Source of the DNA: Octopus sinensis
Taxonomy: Eukaryota
Assembly (NCBI RefSeq): GCF_006345805.1
Contig: NC_042999.1
Coordinates: 25,730,001 to 25,794,000 of the forward strand
DNA: 64,000 nt
Reading direction: 5' to 3'
The notes beneath the pieces are model-generated. The model saw nothing but the letters and a program-made list of their open reading frames with translations, did no database searches and had not been told where the DNA came from. How positions within the stretch are numbered: position 1 is the first letter of the stretch; the number at the start of each line of letters is the position of its first letter. Both the position numbers and the translations under genes were made by a program. Shown in pieces: positions 53,776 through 64,000 of the stretch.

Positions 53776-55041
53776 ATGGACTTATTTGAGAAAACATCAA
53801 TCTCCTTTTACTGCATGTGGATTTTGATAGAGATAATCGCATCAACAAAACAAAATAGTAAATTTTCCCTGATTACACCAGCAGACATAGAATATACAAC
53901 AGATTTTGTAGCACTTCAACAACGCGAGAAACGAAAAGTAATAATGAATGCCACTAAGTCAGTTGTAACTATCTTACTAATTCTAGTGTTCATGAATACA
54001 AGCATGAAAAACAATATTTGGTATTATTGTCAACCATTTGCTAAGCTGATGGACGTTGGTACTTCTTTTCATGTATGGTCCTCCGGATTACCACTCATAG
54101 TTATCTATGGCATTTATGAATTTTGTAACATGTGCTTCGACCATTTTGAAGGAAATGAGAGAAGAAATACTTGTTTCGACAACAAAGTGTGCATCCTTAC
54201 GATAGCAATATATGTTATTGTTAATATATTTTCATTTGCTGGACCTATGTTTGCTATCTACGCATCTTTCACAATCTCAGTATTTGTTGTATTTGGTCCT
54301 GTAGCTATTTACTATATTTCAATGAAATGTTTCCCAGTTTACTCACTACAGGAAGGATCGTTGCGAAACGAGATATTCCACATAGCAAATCGCAACGAAA
54401 TTATCATAAGGGACATAATATTTATAACGTACCCTAGAGACATCAGAAATGTGGCCCTAAGATTTGTCTCCAAATCTGAATGGATATTTAGAAAGCTGTT
54501 CCTCGATGCAAAGCATTTAGAATCATTGCAGTCAACGAATCAGAAAGGAAGCAATTCACGATTTCTTGTATCTAAGCTCACTGAAAAAGAACAACGGAGT
54601 CGCCTTCTTCTTACCGATAAACTTGGACATATACAGTACAATCATCAATTGAAACTTACCATATTAATCGTTGTTAACCTGTTCGGAGCTGGATTAATTT
54701 TAAGTATGATATTTCCTCCGCAAAGTATAAATGTTAAGTGTAGCGAATACTACAGAACACTCTATACAAGGATTATATATGTACTGTTCAATATAATAAT
54801 TCCATATAGCCACGCCGTCAAAATATTATACAATGCAACACAAAGATCATTCAACAAGAAAGTCGATTACTTCATAATGAGTAACTATCAAGGACATATA
54901 CTAAAAAAATTACTTAAAAAGGAAATAATATCGGAATGTCCAGGCCAGTATTGGTTGTATCGATTAATTCATAATAAAGAACGATCCTTATCAATGAGAC
55001 TGTTGTGTTTAAATAAGGAGCCAAAAGTAATTTATGTATAA
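53776..55041 (+). CDS. Divergent ZMPSTE24/Ste24-like (peptidase M48, CAAX prenyl protease 1 family) multi-pass membrane protein; predicted catalytically inactive, single coding exon
   Basis: Uninterrupted, non-repetitive 421-aa ORF with several hydrophobic segments. Colinear matches by eye to human ZMPSTE24 as I recall it: [12 protein letters not shown]~[27 protein letters not shown]~[31 protein letters not shown]~[43 protein letters not shown]~[47 protein letters not shown]~[20 protein letters not shown]. Confidence 0.8.
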   Translation: [421 protein letters not shown]

Positions 55042-56042
55042 TGGATTTCTTAACTACAAACGATTTCCTTGGAGGAGTTCACATACATACTTTTAGCACA
55101 CTTTCATGTCAGTCCTTTTGTTATAAAAGGTCTGACAGATCCCACTTAAATCTGTAGATTTTGTGTGTAAAATGAAATATTAAATGCTTAATCGAACCAG
55201 TCAATGATATTGCATTTTGATCAGTCAATACTCTTAAAATGTCTCCCCAGTCAAAACTAAGCAGGTATTTGCTTCTGCTATGTAATCAAGAACACTGTAA
55301 AATTATATCCTGAAATAACAGGCATTAAATACAATTAAAATATTAAGATTTCTTAATATAAAAGATCTGTTGAAATACAACTGTTGGTATTACTTCTTGA
55401 TGGATTTGGCCCATAATCGAAGCATTTCACCTACGATCATCTAGCCATATTTTCCAAGTGTACTCTGTTCTGATTCAAATTAACAAATGTACTTTATTAT
55501 AAAGAGCATGTTGTTTTGGAGCAAATATCGTTTCTATTACTAGCAAGTTAGGTCATAAAATTCTTCCTGTGCTGGCTGACTTTCGCCAGTTGTCCTCGAT
55601 GATGATGATAATGATGATGATGATTATGATAACGATGATGATGATGATGTTGATGATGATGTTGATGACGATGACGACGATGACGACGACAATGAGGTCG
55701 CTGAACCATAACCCTAACCCGGCATTCAGAAAACGTGTGATCAATGGTGTTTCAGTCACGATTATTCTGCCTCATGAAATACCTACGAAAGCATTATTCA
55801 GTAACTTATACATTTTTCATTTATTAAAGATTCTAAAGAATGATTCAACGGTTGTCCGGCTTCGAATTCTTCCTGGTCCCTTACTTCACGTTTTTATTGA
55901 TTTATTTACCCAGAAATTTTTTTCTTAATAACCGGCATGCGTGTATGTGTGTGTTTCTCCTTCTCTCTGTGTGTGCGTGTGTTTGTGTGTATGTATATAT
56001 TTATACATTTATGTACACACACGCACACACACACACACACAC

Positions 56043-56114
<72 letters not shown>

Positions 56115-56136
56115 ATATATAGAAAGAGCAAGAGAC

Positions 56137-56258
<122 letters not shown>

Positions 56259-57290
56259 AGGGGTTTAGTGGAGGGGAGGTACGACGACGAGCTCGGGGCG
56301 AACCTGGACGTCGACGAGGAGTACCTGACCCGCCTGTTCGGGACGACTTTCGGGCCAGGGCCCATGGACAACTTCCAGAGATCCCTGACCTGGCAGTGCT
56401 ACCGAGAAGCGCTACCCGTTCGGGATAAGCTCTACAGACACGGCTCGAGAAACACGGGGCCGACCTGCCCGAGATGCGGTCAGAGCGACGAAACCGTTCT
56501 GCACGCACTCGTTCAGTGTACAACAATTTCCGACCTGTGGGCTTATGTCGAACAACTGCTGTCACGTGTGGGACGAGTCGGTTTATCAGCTGAGTCTATC
56601 GTCAATATTGTCACGCCTCCTTCCTTCAAACGGGAAGGAAGAGCTATTTTCATCATCCTTGTGGCTATGGCGAAAGAATGTATCTGGTGGACGCGTCTGA
56701 AAGGATTGGAGACAAACACTTTCCTCTCTGGTCAATCTCTCATCAACTTCTTCAAGTACCACTTGAAAAGGAAAGTGAGAGTAGAGAGGCAAGTTTTGTC
56801 TAGCGAATGTTTTAAAAAAAGATGGGTGAATGTAGCAAGAATGGCACGTATGAATGACGAAGCCACCTTGAGCATAGTCCTATGAACCCAGAAATCGAAA
56901 ACAGAGAGTTGCTTATTTGCAAAAAAAAAAAAAAAAAAAAAAAGAAATATAAAATGTGACTTCATTGACCGAGGTTACCGTGGTCTTTTCCGCAGGCTTT
57001 TGTTTCCACGGGTAAACCTCACCTGTCCTCCCCTTTACACTTCATATTGACATTTCTGTGATAACGATCCCTATTGATCATTTTTTTTCCTCTCCCCCCC
57101 CTTTTTTTTTTTTTTTTTTTTTTAACCCCCCTTATTTTTGTCCTCTTTCTCTCCTTTTACGATCCCTTTTGATCGAACCTCCCCCTTCCTTTTTTTTTTT
57201 TTTTTTTTTTTTTTTAATACCTTCAAAAGAAAAGCTCTACCTTGTAATTTGTTCTATCTGTGTGCAGCCCTGTGTGGCTAATAAAGAAAC
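56259..57290 (+). mobile_element. Young 5'-truncated L1-Tx1-like LINE inserted in (TCTA)n
   Basis: GC-rich uninterrupted frame to the stop at 56885 with a zf-RVT region (WQCYREALPVRDKL...CPRCGQSDETVLHALVQC); 3' UTR ends ctaataaagaaac; (TCTA)n on both sides. Confidence 0.9.
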
Positions 57291-57291
57291 A

Positions 57292-57413
<122 letters not shown>

Positions 57414-58032
57414 CCTACCTACCTACCTACCTACCTACCTACCTACCTATCTATAAGTATGTTTTTATGTACATGAAAGTGTTTTTGTTTCTGATACGTG
57501 ATCTATGATTTACAGTATAAGGCACAGAAAATTGAACAAACCAATAAAGTATTAATTAACTACAATCAGTTTGGTAATTTTCTATATGAATTACTCATTA
57601 GAATTAAACAAAGAACGGTTGTTACAAAATAGCAAACGTGAACGTTCGTATATACATACGTAAATATATAAATACAAGCATATACACATACATACTTCAA
57701 TACATATGCACACACACATATATATATCTCATGATTGTATGTATGCATATATACGGAGTCTAATCGAGTTTCGTCACGCAGCTAGCCAATAACTACAGGA
57801 ATCAGCGAGTTCATTGGCTTTAGCATATGTAACTCAAGTATATTATAATAATGATGTAATAAAAATAACTGTCCAATCTATCTCACGTATTAAGTTCCAT
57901 ATCTGATAATGTTTGATCCATGTATGATATGCTTTACGATATAGTTTACTGCTTAATTTTACATTATGTATAATTTGCCTTGACGTATCAATGTATATAT
58001 GTGTGTATATGTATGCAAATATGTATGCACAC

Positions 58033-58102
<70 letters not shown>

Positions 58103-58105
58103 ACA

Positions 58106-58481
58106 TCTCTTATATAAAATCCGTTCTGTCTGCCTGTGTGTGCGCGTGGCTTCTAGGATCTCGGGCATCCTCCACCCGATTGCGCTCAAATTTGATATGT
58201 AGATACCGACGGTATCATGGCGTGTATAAGTCTTGAAACATTTCCAAAAATCGATTCTAGGCGACAGTGCGAGCGATAAATCCGTTGGAAATTGTTTTTC
58301 TTTGGAATAGAAAAAAGAGTCTATCTTTAATATCTTCTTTTGCTGGTGTCTCAAATTTAGATTAAATAAGTTTTTCTCAAGGGGGAGACGTATGGAACGG
58401 TCGGACAAGTTGTTTTGAGAAAATTTGGTTTAAATGTTTAATAACCCAGCACCGTCCTTTGGACGGAGGGCGTTTTGTTCG

Positions 58482-58482
<1 letters not shown>
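58106..58482 (+). mobile_element. Non-autonomous Helitron-like element
   Basis: Starts tctcttatataaaatccgttctgtctgcctgtgtg, has ccgattgcgctcaaatttg (compare ccgattctgatgaaacttg in the 40.6-kb element), and has a 3' hairpin ccgtcctttggacgg shortly before a non-canonical ttcgt end. Confidence 0.55.
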
Positions 58483-58515
<33 letters not shown>

Positions 58516-58516
58516 A

Positions 58517-58569
<53 letters not shown>

Positions 58570-60297
58570 GTGTGTGTGTGTGTGTTTGTATATATGATAT
58601 GATATGATATGATATATGACAATTCAAATAATTGAGAAGAATCATACATTTACCCAATTTTTATTATTACAGATTATTATTATTACTGATTATTAATATC
58701 AGTACATAATATTTAATTCTTTGGCATTTGTTTTTGCTGCATGGATATCTCGCAATGTGATATTCATTTGCAGCATGATTGTTCATTTACATTATGTAGA
58801 TTTCATTGATGTTAAAAACGAGTCCATACAGCGTTATTCAAGTTGTTGCTGCTATTAAAGTTTGAATTGAATAGCAGAATAATGGTTTAGATAGCTTTGC
58901 ATTTTAGTAGGAGAGGATTAGTGTTGAATGCAAGGAATTAAAAAAAAGGAACGCCCTGATATGAGTATAAAGTCCATTCTAAGCTTACTACATCTTAAAT
59001 GATATAGGGAATTTAGTCCTGGATATAACATGTGTGAATTAGATGCATGGATTACGACCAGAACGTTTTCTGGATAATTGTTCTTTCTGGATGCGTACCG
59101 ACCCTGTGCTCAATTACTACAACGGCAAAACTAATGTGATGAGAGTGTCGCACAAAATTTAATATAATTGTTTTTAACCTAGAATTCTAAATTGCTTTCT
59201 AAAATTCCTTTTCTCGAATCACTTCAGTCTGCATCATTGTACTTTACATCCTACAGAATGATTTATTAATATGTACATAAAGTCTGTCTCATCTATCTTA
59301 ATACTAAAGGATATGAGAATAAATAACCCATTAAGAGTAGACTCAAATATAGATATAATTATAAAAATCATTTTTCTAGGTTACGCAGAATAATATTGAT
59401 TAGTACTCCGAATAATAGGCCATTAGTTGCCTACTGGCATTAAATCTTTGTAACCTACACATCTCGTGCAAACTTAATAATGTCAGTAAACTCTTATGAA
59501 CAGTGTAAATTACTTTTATATTATACTTACTGCATTTCCATGTCATGGAATTGTTTTAAATTAGAGCCGACCGTTATTTTAAATGACCTTAGCATTGACA
59601 TATTACCATACATATCTTGAAATAGATCTGCTTGCTACTACACTAAAAACGCTCACATGATGTTAAATCTCCCAGATAATTTATACAAAAATCGATTTAC
59701 TGGAAATTGTATCTTATCAGGGCTCTCAATTGTGTACTTTTATATTTGTTCTTTTATTGAAACGTGTTGCAATTCAATATGAAATTGAAATATATCAAGT
59801 AAAATGAGTTATTAAAGCAAATACTTGGAAAAGTGTAATTCATATCTTTCAACTTTATTACGAAATAATTTGATGTTTCAATTTATCTGTTCTGTAGTCA
59901 GCCACTTAATGTAGAAATAACGACAATGGTAGCTGCTGATAGACAATTCATCATGAAAACAAGATATTCTCGTGTCGTCAAATGATATACACATACTGAG
60001 TTCCTCAGAGTATGCTAGTGGCTTTGTAGGAAAAAAAGCAGTCGCAAACCATGTCATCATAAGAATTGATTACTTCTCTTCACATTCACTGTTTAAATGC
60101 TATTAATCTTTCATTTCACTACATCCAATGAAATATGTGCCCGTTATTATTGTTTATCTCGCAGTCAACACTGACTAAGTTTTGACCTACAATTAAAACC
60201 ATTCCAGCCCTAAACATTCCATATTTTATTTTACAAAGAAGTTGCGTCTGGGACCATATAATGCAATGTAACATGCCATTGTACAATGCTGAATTGC

Positions 60298-60522
60298 GTA
60301 GCGGCAGAATCGTTAGCACACCGGGCGAAATGCTTAGTGGTATTTCGTCTGCCGTTACGTTCTGGGTTCAAATTCCGCCGAGGTCGACTTTGCCTTTCAT
60401 CCTCTCGGGGTCGATAAATTAAGTACCAGTTACGCACTGGGGTCGATGTAATCGACTTAATCCCTTTTTCTGTCCTTGTTTGACCTCTCTATGTTTAGCC
60501 CTTTGTGGGTAGTAAAGAAATA
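60298..60522 (+). mobile_element. tRNA-derived SINE family A, best-preserved copy
   Basis: ggcagaatcgttagc (A box), gggttcaaattcc (B box), central gactttgcctttcatcctctcggggtcgataaattaagtaccag, tail ttagccctttgtgggtagtaaagaaat. Confidence 0.9.
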
Positions 60523-61129
60523 TACATTTAGTAGATCTTGGGATCACGTGGTGGCTACTTGAGTTACAATGCTAGGGACTTTAAGGATATAAACATTTTA
60601 AAGACTGTCATTGGTCAGAAATTTTTGAGGTGCGATACTCTGGATAATTGCATTTCAGTGTGAGAAAAAATGGTGTGTCAGTGCGTTTCAACGGAGTGGA
60701 ACTATAATATAACGTATTGATTATAATCGAACGTAGCATTTCTTCAGTTACGTATATCAGACTACGCTGCACATACATACATGCTTACCTGTTTATTTGG
60801 TTGGCCTAATGAGTTGAAAATTGTGTAACATATTGCATACCAAATAAAAAGTCGAGAAGTGAGAGGTTGATTAATCAACCGATGATCATCAAATGGATTG
60901 TCGAATCAGAATTACCAACATTTATGAAATGTAAAATGGGTAGGAATAAAATCTGTCTATCATGAGGGTGCATAGCAGACTGAGTTTGTAAATTAACGAA
61001 TAGTTAAAGTCAATTCCAAAACATCGAGTAAAGAATATAAGTAGTGTTCGAGGCACCCACCACGAAGAAATGATCGCAACAACTACCCCCAAAACATACT
61101 AACTACTCCAATTATGAAGAAAAGAGAGG

Positions 61130-61690
61130 ATGAAACCAATAAACCGTCTACACATTTTCTACAAAAGGCTCTCCGAAATGATACAAAAGATATGCGGTCC
61201 ATACGACATCAGGACAGTATTCAAAGTCATACAAGACTTCGCATATGTCTCCTTCGAGTAAAACCACCAATAGAAGGGAATATGACCAAAAACTGTGTCT
61301 ACTCCATTCCATGCAGCTGTAGAAGGTTATACAATGGTGAAACATGCCACCCCCTCTAAATAAAGGTAGACGAACATTGCAAAGTTGGGACACGAGGAGA
61401 TATTGATAAATCAGGTATAGCTGAGCATGTATGGAAAATGGAGGGATAATGTTAAAATAATAGACAGAAAACACCATTGGAAAATGCGAAAACTAAAAGA
61501 AGCAGCACATAGGCTAGGACACAACAACTTCCTAAGCAGACCGAGTGCAGATACGAATAGCATATGGGAAGCGGTATTAAGGAAAATATTGGATTTGTAA
61601 ACCCTAAAATTCACCCCATAATTGCCCACGAGCATATGGCTATTAACCCCAAGATTCCAAGTTCAATTCCAGACAGTGACCTGAATGATG

Positions 61691-61783
<93 letters not shown>

Positions 61784-62030
61784 GAAAATAATAATAATAA
61801 TAATAATAATAATGGTTTCTAATTCAGACAGAAGGTCACAATAATAAATAATAATAATAATAATAATAGCATCGAAAAATACCTTAGGAATGAAGACCCA
61901 GGCTCGAAATTTCCCCAAGACACCAGATGAAGTCTGTGGGGTATATCAGCCGAAACGTTGTGTTAACAACAGACACGATGAGGAGAAATATCCGTCAAAT
62001 GTAAATAATGTAAATAAAGACATTTCTATT
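61130..62030 (+). mobile_element. Penelope-like element 3' part: GIY-YIG remnant, internal (AAT)n, pLTR with a hammerhead-like motif
   Basis: KNCVYSIPCSCRRLYNGETCHPL*IKVDEH...KSGIAEHVW; then gacagtgacctgaat-(AAT)n-catcgaaaaataccttaggaatga...cagatgaag...cagccgaaacgttgtgtt. Confidence 0.85.
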
Positions 62031-62388
62031 CTAAAGATGTCAATGCACATAATGATCACGTCCATGATTCTATAACGGCAGATACGTGCCATGCATGACA
62101 CTTGCCCCTGTTACAACATATTATAAAACAGCTGCGAATGGTGTTCTAAATAAACATGTGTTGCCAAATAATAGTGAACTTTACTTCAACGATGCGTTCC
62201 GTCCTATTATCAGGGACTAATTAATTGATTTGAGTCATTTTACCTAGCAATCACTCGTGGGGCGCTTCACTTTCTGGATCTGCTTTAGGTAAATCTATCT
62301 GTCTAATTTGTATGCCCCTCTCTGTCTCTCTCTTTCTCTCTCTCTGTATTTCTTTGTCTCTCCCTCCGTCTCTCTGTCTGTCTGCCTA

Positions 62389-62441
<53 letters not shown>

Positions 62442-62442
62442 G

Positions 62443-62480
<38 letters not shown>

Positions 62481-62618
62481 CATATATATACATATATATA
62501 AACTTACTTGGAGAAGAGAAATAACGCGTGTGTTCGGTCATATAATAATATAGTAAATAAAATATTTGCATATATACATACATATATGTACATACTTACA
62601 TCTACATGTATATAAACA

Positions 62619-62990
<372 letters not shown>

Positions 62991-63694
62991 TCAGTTTGTT
63001 CATCACTTTACACTAACAGAATATTAATATGCTCTTTGTTATCCGAGAAAAAACTACAGTTATTTCGAAAACTGTAAAAAACGTTAGAAGCTTATAGAGA
63101 CAAATTCTTTTGATAATTTTCTTTGAAAAAAAGAAAAAAAGAAAATCTTTATATGGCGTAAAATATCCATCTAAGTCGTATTGAAGTATACGTTCAGGAG
63201 ACTACTGAGAAAGCCATGGTCCTTGTACACTTGTCCTCTATACAACGTTGTGAGTTATCGATTATTTTTCACCTTACGTCAAGAAGTAAACGATCTTAAC
63301 CATCGAACGAATTCGAAGATATAATATGCTTATAACAAATCTTAATATACTGTACTACATGCTTATTTTCATATCAAAGTTCATATGACCACACTTCAGT
63401 CCAGATACGCATTGAAGGAAGATGAAATGCTGTTACACTGAATAGCGAACTCGAAGAAAAACGAATTCAATAATTTTTAAAAAAATCATCAGTAATATAG
63501 GCGAAAGAATAGTTGTATGCTTTAAACGTTTGGTTTGTGTCCGAGTGGTTCCCGGTTCTGTCATATGTAGTGCATGCGCAAATTCATCTTCTATAACCTC
63601 GATCTTGTGTTTCAAGCGAAATTTGTAAGTGGAAGCATATCACGTGTATTCATGTACACACACACACAGACACACACAAGCACACACACACACG

Positions 63695-63731
<37 letters not shown>

Positions 63732-63737
<6 letters not shown>

Positions 63738-63835
63738 AGGTGCTGAAAAGTTCCTGTCGTTGGGTAAAAAAAAACCCAGGATGATCAGCTAATTATGATT
63801 TTATACAAGAGAATCCTCTCTCAGATTCACACACT
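63732..63835 (-). mobile_element. Mariner terminal fragment
   Basis: acgaggaggtgctgaaaagttcc resembles an irritans-type TIR. Confidence 0.45.
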
Positions 63836-64000
63836 ATCTACGACGATTTCATCTCAACCGAAGGAGAGGAGGTTTTCTCCGTCCGGATTGCGGATCCGTG
63901 GAATAAGCTGCCGGACCAGATACTGAAGATGCCGACGACCGCTCGGTTCAAAGTCTCTCTTGACCAGAAATGGCCTGAACTCTTTGTATGACCACCCTCC
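63836..64000 (+). mobile_element. CR1-group LINE extreme 3' end
   Basis: RRFHLNRRRG/FSVRIADPWNKLPDQILKMPTTARFKVSLDQKWPELFV* (FS.R....WN.LP...FK..LD motif). Confidence 0.8.

Noticed and set aside
59898-59985. Possible terminal exon (ttctgtAG then QPLNVEITTMVAADRQFIMKTRYSRVVK*)
   Set aside because: Too short, with no recognisable homology or partner exon.

Overview
AT-rich, repeat-dominated eukaryotic genomic DNA. The SINE families and microsatellite load look like an Octopus-type cephalopod, which is my inference and not a database result. Most listed ORFs are microsatellite artefacts. The one convincing host gene is an intact, single-exon 421-aa ORF (53776-55041, +). It aligns along its length with the CAAX prenyl protease ZMPSTE24/Ste24 (peptidase M48), but HEXXH reads DKLGH and the third Zn ligand is also replaced, so it is a probable pseudoprotease retrogene. 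The rest is decayed mobile DNA: mariners, R4/Dong, L1-Tx1, CR1-group and RTE LINE pieces, a Gypsy gag-pro fragment, several Penelope-like lineages, tRNA-SINEs, Helitron-type and Merlin-type MITEs. Notable non-coding structures are a young inverted-plus-tandem 558-bp array with a minimal hammerhead-like motif in each unit, further Penelope-linked hammerhead motifs, a 497-bp imperfect palindrome with same-strand C-GAA-G mini-hairpins, and several fold-back elements fused to (TA)n. All alignments were done by eye, and repeat boundaries are approximate unless TIRs or TSDs are quoted.
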